Of a stretch of DNA of 64,000 nucleotides, positions 53,337 to 64,000 are shown one piece after another. The DNA lies in the NCBI GenBank assembly GCA_976551045.1, contig CDPCPM010000087.1:5332001-5396000 (forward strand), read 5' to 3'. Both the position numbers and the translations under genes were made by a program. Positions within the stretch are counted from its first letter, which is position 1, and every line of letters starts with the position of its first letter. The notes beneath the pieces are model-generated. The model made no database searches. It was not told the DNA's origin and was given only the letters and a program-made list of their open reading frames with translations. Source of the DNA: Glaucostegus cemiculus. Lineage: Eukaryota.

Positions 53337-54319
53337 GTAAGAATTACCATCCTGTCTGTAATGTCTGGGTGTTAAATGTCATACTGGGATTCAATACCAT
53401 GTAACTGAAGCCAGGTGCACACAGAAAGGGTAGGTTGCTGTTAATACTGGATTCCAGCAGATCACTGCCCCCTTTGAGGGATCAGGCAGCATTTTCTCTA
53501 ATGATCTTGGGGAAGAGTGCGAATCCATTGCACTGTGTGAGAGACAGAAAGCCCAGTGGTGTGAGAACAGCAAAAAGAGACAGGGTGCATCCCCAGACTG
53601 ATAATCATTGTGCCTACCTTTGACCATACTGTCTTAGCCAGACAGCCTGAATTCCCCCAGAACATGACAGGCACACTACATGTGATTGTGAGTTCTGGTG
53701 TATCGTTGGCAGAGACAGGTGATACTGATCTCTGCAGGTTTCCTGTGCTAATTTTTGAGAATTAGCAGGTTGGAGTAGCAGATTGAAGGTTATACCACTT
53801 TCTGGAACAGGATGCAGTGAAGTAACACTAATGCAAACCACATCAGGATGTTTAGTTTTCTTTTATAATTAAATTGCTGAATGTAAGAACTTTTGGTGTG
53901 AACTGATGTTATCTGATCTTACCTATATCACTGTTGTACATTGTGATTGTATGCAGCTCTTAAAGCAGTAACTCCTTCTGCTGATACTGTTGCTGCAAAA
54001 ATCACATGATGAATACCTCAGTTTTTCTCTATTCAGCCCATCGAGTCCATGCCTGGATCACTGGAGCTCTGAGGCAGCAGCAGTACCTGCTGTACCTCTG
54101 TGCATTGTGCCAGTGTGGGCTTGGAGAATGGTTTTGTAGTCAAGGCTTTGAGGGATGAGGCAGTAGGAAGCTTTTCTTAAGGTCTGAGAGTCATGATTAT
54201 GCCCCTCATCACTGAAGTAGTTGAGTCAGAAACCCCAGATCTGAATAAGTACCAGGATAGAATCAATGGTCAGAATTCTGTAGAGCAGGAGGTGCTCACT
54301 GGGTTATTCTTTATAATTT

Positions 54320-54565
54320 ATAATTTTATTTACAGCGTGGTAACAGGCCCTTTCGGACCAATGAGTCCGCGCCGCCCATTTTAAACCCCCAAATTAACCT
54401 ACCCATACGTCTTTCAGAATGTGGGAGGAAACCGGAGCACCCAGAGGAAACCCACGCAGACACGGGAGAATGTACAAACTCCTTACAGTCAGCAACGGGA
54501 ATTGAACCCCGATCGCTGGCACTGTAACAGCGTCACGCTAACCACTACGCTATCGTGCCGCCCAT
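54320..54565 (-). mobile_element. V-SINE in the RLN3 intron
   Basis: gggagaatgtacaaactcc and cgctaaccactacgctatcgtgccgc (reverse-complement tRNA head). Confidence 0.85.
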
Positions 54566-54699
54566 TCTTGTTCCTCTGTAATGGTGTTGATAGGCTGAAT
54601 AGTCTCCTCCTGTTCCTGTGTAACAAACACAACGGACGGACTAGCCTGCACAGGGTGGTGAATAAGGTTTGAACACCTGCTGACATCGACTTAATCAAA

Positions 54700-55440
54700 G
54701 TCAAGTTACTTTATCGTCATTCACTCATATGCCATAAAAACACATAGAGGAACGAAATGTTGTTTCCCCCAGACTCACACAACAGAGGACATACATAAAA
54801 AGACATATAATAAACGTAGACAAAAAAAATTGTGCAAGTACAAATATGCAAAAAAAAACAGTATATGCAGAATACAAATTTAGTGCAGGGTTAGTGCAAA
54901 ACTGAGTTGTACGAAGAAAATACAGAACTCAGTGTGTTACACTAATTGTATAAACATGTTCAGCAGTAGCCAAAGTTCTAATGCGTGGTTGTGCAAACCA
55001 GGGCTTTTGACGCGGCATTTGTCTGAAACTGTCTCCAGGGTATTCAGGAGCCTGACAGCCTGGGGGAGAAAGTTGTTGTACAGTCTAGTAGTTCTGGCTC
55101 GAATACTCTGGTACCACTTGCCAGACGTTACTGGGACAAATAGGTCATGGGAGGGATGAGAAGGGTCATCTATGATTCTGCAGACCTTGCAGGTGCATCG
55201 TGTATTGTAGATGTCCAGGATGAAGGGAAGAGGTACTGAAATGATCTTTCCCGCTGTACTCACAATTCTCTGCAAAGACTTATGGTCAGAGATGTTACAG
55301 TTACCGTACCAGGCAAAGATGCAGCTGGTCACGACACCCTCAATGGTACCCCTATAGAATGTGGTGAGGGTGGTGGAGGGCAGGTTTGCTCTCTCCAGCC
55401 ACTGTAAAAAGTGGAGACACTGCTATGCCTTCTTGGCTAG
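54700..55440 (-). mobile_element. Rex1/Babar LINE fragment in the RLN3 intron
   Basis: TSCIFAWYGNC...SLQRIV...DDPSHPSHDLF...RTTRLYNNFLPQAVRLLN. Confidence 0.88.
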
Positions 55441-55490
55441 TTACTTGGATTTAATGATGAGGGTGTTAAGGTTTCTGGTTTCTCCTGCAG

Positions 55491-55765
55491 ACATCGCTGA
55501 CCCCTTCTCCCACCTGCCACAGACCATGGACGATGCCAACCCCGACAGCTGGGACCTTGCTGATGATGTCACCAACTACGAGCCTGCGACCTGGAGGTTC
55601 CTGGTGGGATTCGGGGATGAGGGCCGGAGCCGGAGGAGCATTTCCAATGACGTTCTGGAGGCTTTGAGGAGCACGGATAGGAAGGGGAGGGATGTGGTGG
55701 TGGCTCTGTCTAACGCTTGCTGTAAGTGGGGGTGCACCAAGAGTGAGATCAGCTCACTCTGCTAG
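55491..55765 (+). CDS. RLN3: Relaxin-3 coding exon 2: C peptide, RKGR site, A chain (DVVVALSNACCKWGCTKSEISSLC*)
   Basis: ctcctgcag|AC phase 1; the A-chain CCKWGCxKSEISSLC is diagnostic of RLN3 versus RLN/INSL5/INSL3; total precursor 149 aa. Confidence 0.95.
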
Positions 55766-56130
55766 GATCTGTGCACCACCATCGTTTTTCCCCGCCTCCT
55801 GCTCCCTAATACATACGACCCAGAAACTGGCTGGGTTCACACAGACACCTTGCAAGCAAAGATCCTGCTCCTGAACTCTGGACCACACACAGACACAGCA
55901 TGAAATGTGTGGCAGCCTACTGGAAAAACCAAACCTCATCAATTCATGTTTGAGAGACAGATGTTTTTAGAATAACAGATGTTGTTAGAGAGACAGATGT
56001 TGTTAGATTAAGTGCAAGGAATTCTCTCTTTGTCAGAGTTTGATCCCCTGGACTCTGCTGTCAAACACTCATTGTGCATCTGTTACTTTTCACTGCAGGA
56101 GCAAAATATATCTGCTGTACAGTTCCTTTT

Positions 56131-56136
56131 AATAAA
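56131..56136 (+). terminator. RLN3 polyadenylation signal
   Basis: First AATAAA after the stop codon, ~365 nt downstream. Confidence 0.6.
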
Positions 56137-56239
56137 AAATGACATTTGTCACTATAGACTCAAAGACAGTCTCAATGTTAATGTGGAAGCATTAATAAGA
56201 AAATTGGTAATTACAATGTCAGAGTCAATAACATTGACA

Positions 56240-56875
56240 CTTGACTCTCACTGCACCGCAGTCTCACAGACACTGACTCTAATGGGGTACAGTCCCATAG
56301 ACACTGACTTTCAACTGCTTTACAGTCTCACAGACACTGACTCTAACAGGGATAGAGTTCCATAGACACTGACTCAGTCCCACAGACATCAACACTTACT
56401 AGTATTCACTCCCACAGACTCCAACTAACTGGGATTCAGTCCCAAGTCTCACACTGGGGTACATTCCCACATACACTGACTCTGGGGAAAAGGCACTGGA
56501 GATATTGACCTTCACTGGAGCAAAGTCCAACACACACAGTCTCTCGGTGAGATATAGTTCCACAGAGAATGAGTCCCAGTACACTACAATTCCAAAGGAA
56601 TAGACACCTGCTGGATTACAGTTCCACAGACATCTGCTAGGGTGCAGTTTTACAGACACCAACTCTCAATTATGGTACCACAGGCACTGTCTCTGAGTGA
56701 GATACAGTACCAGACACACTGACTTTCAGTGAGATACAGCACCACAGACACTTTCCGTGAGATATGATGCCACAGGCACTAACTCTCTGTGACGTAAAGC
56801 ACCACAGACACTGACTGCATCAGATTACAGTATAACAGGCATTGACTGTAAATGGAATACTGTTCCACAGACACT
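56240..56875. repeat. Degenerate ~32-bp tandem repeat (acagacactgactctcagtgagatacagtacc-like)
   Basis: Recurrent cacagacactgact motif. Confidence 0.75.
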
Positions 56876-57282
56876 TGTAAGGCTTGCCAATTGATACTTA
56901 GTTTCACCTAACTCAAGGGACTTCATTGTGACTACAACAAATCACTTTGGGTATAAGTATTAGTTATAAGCACAATAGATTTAATAAGTCACATCCAGCA
57001 CAAAGCAATGCCTAACAAAGATGATAGTCACAATCTGATCCTTGAAACTTCAGAGACTCACCCTCTGAGTGCCTGGTGTGACCTCTTTCCCTTCTGCTGT
57101 GTCTTGTTGACTGTAGGTTCTGGTCATGCTTGCTCTCTCTCTAACCCATACTTTGCTTTGATCTTTCCTACTAACTATCAACTTGAGCTATCTTAATCCT
57201 GTTTCTTTCAAAAATATAATTTAGGTTTCATTTTTTATTTGGCCTGTCTTCTTTTCTGCTGATTAAGCCATTCCTTATTACC

Positions 57283-57645
57283 CATAGAAAACTTACAGCA
57301 CAATTCAGGCCCTTCGGCCCACGAAGCTATGCCAAACATGTCCCTACCTTAGAAATTACTAGGCTTAACCATAGTTCTCTATTTTTCTCAGCTCCATGTA
57401 CCTATCCAAAAGTCTCTTAAAAGACGCTATCATATCTGCCTCCACCACCATTGCCGGCAGCCCATTCCACGCGCTCACCACTCTCTGAGTAAAAAACTTA
57501 CCTATGACATCTCATCTGTACCTACTCCCCAGCACCTTAAACCTATGTCCTCTTGTGGCCACCATTTCAGCCCTGAGAAAAAGCCTCTGACTATACACAC
57601 GATCAATGCCTCTCAACATCTTATACACCTCTATCAGGTCCCCCT
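57283..57645 (-). mobile_element. CR1 3' end, same subfamily as 25560-26803
   Basis: Shared gtagggacatgtttg/agtaatttcta 3'UTR and EMVATRGHRFKVLGSRYR. Confidence 0.88.
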
Positions 57646-59479
57646 TCTTACTCTCTCACAGACTGAGCTACTCCTTAGATGGTATCTTTATATAAGTTGC
57701 CTACAATTCTGTAACAATTGTCGTTTGCCTCAGCAACATAGCCCTCTGGATGTTTCAACCTCTCCTTTGTCCTCTTTATCTCTTAACCAACGTTCTGGTG
57801 CTACTTACCTATTTCAAGTTCCATAGTGGTTTGTCTGTTCCTGGTAGATTTAATGTCGTTGTGTCCCAGGCTGTCTGTCTGTTTCCAATAGATCACCACA
57901 GTTCCATAGCCTAAGCTTGTGCAGCGGCTTTCACGTTCTGAAAGTTTTAAACAAAATCCTGTTTCAGCACATTCTTTGCACTGTTTCTGACTTGACTGAC
58001 CAAGGTTTATTCTTTTCTGGCAATGTCATGTTGTAATCATATCTAATTGTGACTAGCTTTGTGTAATGTGTGCCACAATGAGCTGGGATATAATCAATGT
58101 GTGTGAAATTATTCTAACCTACAGAGAAAGTTCTATGTTTATTCATATGCCCCATCATTTTCTCAAGTCTAGATTAGGAATTGTAATTTTGGTTCCAACA
58201 ATTTCCAGCTCGCTCTCTGTAGTATATGTTCAACTGCACAGACATCAATCAAATTCTGAATTTTTATGCAACTCTATATCATCATAATCATTAGATAAAA
58301 TCTGACAAATGCTTACTGGGTATCCTGTTCTTTTCTTGGATTTCTCAATTACATGCTCTTAAATAATATAAGACAAAGCCTCACTGGACACAAAAGATTT
58401 TGTTGGGTGTTCCTTTCCAAACATTTCCATCTCATAGTTGGTTATTGCCACTCTATGACCTAAGCTAGGAAGTAGCAGCTATAAACAGGACTTACCGTGT
58501 TTACAGTAGCCATTAATACACATAAGAATCAGCCTTCAAACTGTAACCTACAAGCAGTAATTAGTTTTAAAATAACGTGGACAATTGTGTAAACAAACAG
58601 CACTGCCTGTGTAGGGAGCAGGCTACCAGCTCACAGTGGGAGGCCAATTAAGAGATATGGTTTGAAAACTAACATGAGTATGAGACATTCACATATCTAT
58701 TGGCAGAACCTACAGATGACAGGGCTATCTTAATTGGCCTGCATCAAACCAGGCAGAGACATCTTGAGCTAAGATAGTTTGCAGCATTGTGACAACATAA
58801 AGGCAGATTTAAGATTGGTTATGTTGCCAACTAGCACATCAAACATGGTCATAGGCATATTTGTTGTTTATCAAAACTTGTGGTGTTTATATACCCAGAG
58901 AATCAGCCCTAATAATTGTCATAAAATTATATTTTGAGTATCTGGGATTTTGTGATCAGAAGCTTATAGAATATCAATGTGAACCACCTAGTCCAACAAA
59001 GGTGTTTGAGTATTCAGAGTTGGTCTTCTCAGTTACGATGTGTTCCCATTGTAAATATGCAATTTTATGGAACCATTTGTCCACACACAAAATATTGCAG
59101 TAAACTTTGCAACTGTAACCATTGAAATTCTGTTTAATCACCTGCTGTTATCTTTGTACTGAAAAGAATAAAAATTCAATGTACTTTCAGTTCCCAGAGG
59201 TTCTACGGCAAGATTATCCCAGCAGAGCTCCCCTGCGGGTCTGCTTATGACAAATGAAGACCTGTTACATTTGCAACTCTGGTCTTCCTGTGGCTTATCC
59301 AATCATAACAGCCTTCCACTATTTCAAACAAAACTCCCTATAACTTTTGACTCAAATTTTGTTTTAAAATTACTCATATGCTTTGACTAACTTAATTTGT
59401 CAAAATCAGTTCCCCTTTGAATTTTGTGTCCGTGCCTTGATAGAGCTTGGTGCCTCCAAAATGGCTTGCTTCTTCTCTT

Positions 59480-60850
59480 CAGCCATAGCATATAGAGTCC
59501 TTGAGTACATCTTATCTATTCCCCACTCCTCAGCTCTCACACCCCACTCCTCCTGGACAGAGAAAGAATAGAGTTCCTCTGGTCCTCATCTTCCACCCCA
59601 TTTACTTTCACATTCAACAGATTACCCTTTGCAATTTTTGCCAACTTCAAAAAGATCACACCCACCATCTCTCCTGCTCTTTCAGCACCTTCACAACTCC
59701 CTAGTCCTCTTATCTGTCCCCACCTACCACTCTGCATCTTAGAGCACCTTCCCAATGCACGTTTCATCTCTTTTTCCGGTAGTTTCACCTGTTCCCTTTG
59801 CTCCATTCAGGGACCCAAATGTTCTTTCCAAGTGAGGAAATAATTCTCTTGTGGTTCTTCCAGACTAATTCACTATATTCGGTGTTTACAATGTTGTCTC
59901 TTCTACATAGGAAATACCAAACACAGACTGGGTGACTATTTTGGTCTGTAAGAGTGTCTGAATTTCCTGTTATCTGCAACTTTAATTCTTCATCCATTCC
60001 CATTCTTATCCATCTGCTGTTTTTGATATAATGAGGCCCAATGCAAGCCTGAGCAACAGCACCTCACTTTCAATCCGGGCACGCTGCAGCCTTCCAAATC
60101 AATATCGAATTTTCCAATTCTGATAGCTCATTTTGTCTGTCTATATCAGAACTGGCCATATTTGTTGTAAGTCATCATCTGTGGGTATGGCTCAGTTTTT
60201 TCGCTGCTCCATTTGCATACTCTGACCTGCTATGTGCAAGACTTTGCACTTCTTTATCACCCTCTATTTCCATTAACAACCCATCTCCACAGCAACCGTG
60301 GTCTAACCGATCAGAGATTTTCCCTTTGCCCTATCCAACCACCACTTCTCTACAACATAAGATGAATATTTATTTCTTACCCAGTACTGACAAGGGGTCT
60401 TAGAGTTGATTTTTTCCCCAGAGTTGCTACATAGTCTACATTTTATGCTACAGATTTCAAGCATCTGCAATTTATTTAATTTTTAACTCATGAAGAATGA
60501 GTTTGATTCAATAATCCTATTATTTTACAATGCTTCATTGACCTTTAGAAATTGCACAAAGTCTACATTAAGGTTCCAAAATCAAATAGAACGTCTGAAT
60601 AGACAATGTCCATTTACCTCCATTGATCCTGCCTGACCCGCTGAGTTCCTCCAGCGTTTTGTGAGTTGCTCCAGATATCCAGCATCTGCAGTCTTTCTTG
60701 TTTCTGAATAGATAATAATTTCTTTGTCAATGAAATTCAAAAAACTTCAGATACTGGAAATCTGAAATAAAAACAGAAAATACTGGAAACACTCAGCAGA
60801 TCAGGCAGCAGCAACACAAAGAGAAACAGTTGATATTTTGGGTACTTGTC
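59480..60850. mobile_element. Penelope-like fragments and pseudo-LTRs
   Basis: NRVPLVLIFHP, ctacataggaaatacc (YIG), EQQHLTF, and cctgacccgctgagttcctccagc motifs. Confidence 0.75.
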
Positions 60851-61684
60851 CCTTTATCAAAATTTCCCTTAGGTTAACAATATTTTTTTAATATTTGGGA
60901 ATTTCATATACAAAATTACAGATTCAAACAACTCACAACATTAACCTGAATTGCACATGACCATTGTAGAATCCAGGTACTTATTCCTAAATCTTCCAAT
61001 ACTAATTGAGATAACAACTGTTATCAATTAAAACACAATAGCTTTAAACGGTTCCCTTGTAAAATGAGATGGACTTTGACCTCACGATCTACCTTGTTGT
61101 GACCTAGCACCTTATTGCACTGCACCTTCTCTGTGACTACAGAGTAAAGTGTCACAGTAAACTGTTATTGTTTTTACCTGAACTACATCAATGCACTCTG
61201 CACTAACTCAATGTAACTGCACTGTGTAATGAATTGACCTGTACGATCGGTTTGTAAGACAAGCCTTTCACCGTACCTCGGTACAAGTGACAATAATAAT
61301 AAACCAATACCAAACCCTGGGAAAAAGAAAAGAAACTAAAGAGCATGTGTTTTAACAGGGAAAGACAAAGAAAAAACAAGTTTGTGCTTTCTTTTTTTAG
61401 CAATCTTTGTAGATGCATTTAAAATAAAAAAGTAAATTTCTACAATGAAATAAATTTTAAACAGTTACATCAAAGGAAAAGAGAAATAGTAGGTGGAGCT
61501 TCACATGACTCTCATATTCATACAACCTTTTTCAATTAATACTACCTCTTCAAATATGCAATCTTACCACTTTATTTCACATTAAGTAACACAGAGTCTT
61601 GTCTTTAATCACATTCTATTCCCCAGAACATTATAAGTTTTGACATAACATAAGATCAATATAAATTTCTTCCCGGCAGACTTA

Positions 61685-61828
61685 NNNNNNNNNNNNNNNN
61701 NNNNNNNNNNNNNNNNNNNNNNNNNNNNNNNNNNNNNNNNNNNNNNNNNNNNNNNNNNNNNNNNNNNNNNNNNNNNNNNNNNNNNNNNNNNNNNNNNNNN
61801 NNNNNNNNNNNNNNNNNNNNNNNNNNNN
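61685..61828. other. Assembly gap (144 N)
   Basis: Run of N. Confidence 1.
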
Positions 61829-63234
61829 CATACACACTTTAAGATTTTTAAACTTTAAGATTTTATCATAAAGTAATGCTGGAAGGTATTGATCCTGCAC
61901 AAACATTTAAACATCCCCACATCAAACAAAACTCACAGCACCTCCAAGTCCTCTTACTTTCTAATCTCTGATTCAACACAGAATCCTGATTATAGCATGT
62001 GCTTGTTCTACAATCTCTGGCAATGTATTAATCTTGTTATAATTAAACATAATGCTGACCTCATTTCATTTGTATCATTTGGCCAGACCCTTCTGTCACG
62101 TTCACAAGTGTAAGCTCATGTATCATTTAAAGACAATAAAAGGGAGGTTGCTTTGTGAACAAGTACAGAAAATACAGGAAAATACAAGACCAAAAAGAGA
62201 CCCTTTCTCAGAACCACTCTAAAATGGAGACTGTTTCTCACTCCACAGATGCAGCCTTACTTGTTGAGTATTTTAAGCATTTTCTGTTTTTGTTTTGGAT
62301 TTCCAGCATCTGCAGTTTTCTTGATTTTCATCTTCAGCTTGCTCCATAGTTGTAGGAAAAGTCAAAATAACATGCTTTATATCAAAATCTTCCAAACTGT
62401 GGTGGCAATACTTAAATGCCTGCTGTTGCTCTCCCAATTCTATGGGGAACATTGCAGAAGTCATAATACTCTAAAGGCATGGGTCAGACGTTTGAGTTGT
62501 GAATGGAACTGCTTCTGCGGGTGCATTTGGCAGGTGGAGTGGTGGGGGGAGTCATTCTGCAGCTTCCTCTTCCACTCCTTTGGCCAGGACACTAAGGATG
62601 ATCAGTCCTATTCAGTTCAACCCCTGCATTTTCTGGACTTGGGCGATCAAGCAAATTGTCCCACCCTGTAAGATTACCTGTACATTCCTCTTTCAGGACT
62701 TCCTCTTCGTAGGTTTTAAAATAAGGCAAACACAGAGGAAGGTGGCAGACAAGATATAATCTTTGACCTAGTTTATCAATGTCTTGGCCAAACGTGAAAG
62801 TGCACTGTGATCATTTCCATTACAACTGCATATTTCTAACTTCTGAATAAGAGCATGGCACTGCCAGTGACCTGCCTCTCTTCGGGGCACTGCAGGGTTT
62901 CTCTTAACACTGCCCAAGAATCCTCTAACTGCTTGTTAAGGCAGTCATTATCTTTAATGTTCATCTAATGTCTGGCTTCCTTGGAGCTGCTGCAGCAGCA
63001 AGCACGCCTTAGCTGTGAGAACACATGGCTGCAACATAATCATAGTGGTCGAGGCCACACGCCACTGCAGGAGCTCCACCTGATTCTATAACCCTGATAT
63101 ATTTCCATCCAGAGTGAGGTTAACCTTATTATTCCTTTCTGCACAGTACAGGCAGCGAGATTAATTAAACTCATTGCCCATCTGGCTTTCACTTCATATT
63201 CTTAACCAATTCCCCAGTGAATTTTTTATTCAGG

Positions 63235-64000
63235 ATAAACTTTATTCATAACAAAAGACAAACTATATACAATAATAAAACAATAATAAAACAGCACAAA
63301 CATTTATATTCGTGTACAGATCAATTATTAGCGTTACTTTTTATACAAAACACAGCACCGGTGCCACTTGTGTGACTCCCTAGGGTGATACCCCAATCCC
63401 ATATTTACAATCTTTAAGGGGCTTCCTCGCCTGACCCTGACCCTCCCTCTCCTGTGGCAGAAGAACCCTAAACTGTCGTCTTTCCCCACCGAGCCCTTGC
63501 ATTGGCTGCACCCAGCATCAGTGCGTCCCTCAGCACGTACTCCTGCGGCCTGGAATGTGCCAGTCGGCAGCATTCCCCTACAGACATCTCACAGTGCTGG
63601 AAGACCAATAAGTTTCAGGCAGACCAAAGGGCGGCTTTCACCGAGTTGATGACTTTCAGGCAGCAGTTGATGTCTGTCTCTGTGTGTGTTCCCAGAATCA
63701 GCCCATAGATCAGAGAATCCTCTGTTATGCAGTTTCTGGGGATGAACTGCAACAAGGACCCTTGCATCTTTTGCCACACCCTCCTTGCAAACCCACAGCC
63801 TGCAAAGAGGTGGGCAACTGTCTCATCTCCAGCACAGTCCTCCCGGGAGCAGCACGCACTGGGAGTAATGTTCCGACCATGCAGGAAGGATCTGACTGGG
63901 AGGGCCCCTCTCACCACCAGTCAAGTGAGGTCTTGGTGCTTGTTGGTGGGTGCTGGTGATGAGGCATTCTGCCAGATGGTCTGGACAGTCTGCTTAGGGA
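63235..64000 (-). mobile_element. Tx1/L1-clade LINE 3' end (zf-RVT region), extending beyond the window
   Basis: VRGALPVRSFLH...CSREDCAGDETVAHLFAGC...INSVKAALWSA; minus-strand AATAAA near 63240. Confidence 0.85.

Noticed and set aside
56876-58123. Possible minus-strand LTR interrupted by CR1 (TATA at ~57690, ATTAAA at ~56980)
   Set aside because: Termini match poorly and there is no TSD, so I cannot support the boundaries.
58496-58547. Minus-strand exon-like segment with AG/GTAAGT sites
   Set aside because: Isolated, with no partner exons or recognisable coding content.
62450-63230. Non-repetitive-looking stretch as a possible exon of a neighbouring gene
   Set aside because: No recognisable peptide or splice structure in the frames I read.

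Overview
Vertebrate genomic DNA, most likely a cartilaginous fish. This is inferred from the repeat content: elasmobranch-type V-SINE/HE1-like and Deu-domain SINEs, plus abundant CR1, Rex1/Babar and Penelope elements. Two + strand genes are supported by exact GT-AG exon reconstruction. (1) The 3' part of a cAMP-specific phosphodiesterase PDE4A: a 14-codon super-short first exon (5063-5104, MPDYLFSVSWSYIK) plus 9 common exons to the stop at 20028, giving a 504-aa super-short isoform, with a ~3.5 kb 3'UTR. The long-form exons lie upstream of the window. (2) A complete relaxin-3 gene (RLN3, 149 aa, CDS 53162-53336 + 55491-55765) with a probable 5'UTR intron. The rest is intronic or intergenic: LINE fragments (CR1, Rex1, RTE, L2, Tx1), Penelope-like elements with degenerate hammerhead ribozyme motifs, three probable solo LTRs, SINEs, GC-rich minisatellites, a ~305-bp-arm inverted duplication and a 144-N gap. 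Almost all other ORFs in the track are repeat-derived or spurious. Repeat boundaries are approximate and family calls come from motif recognition, not database searches. I found no clearly new biological system; the best leads are isoform, regulatory and RNA-structure observations.
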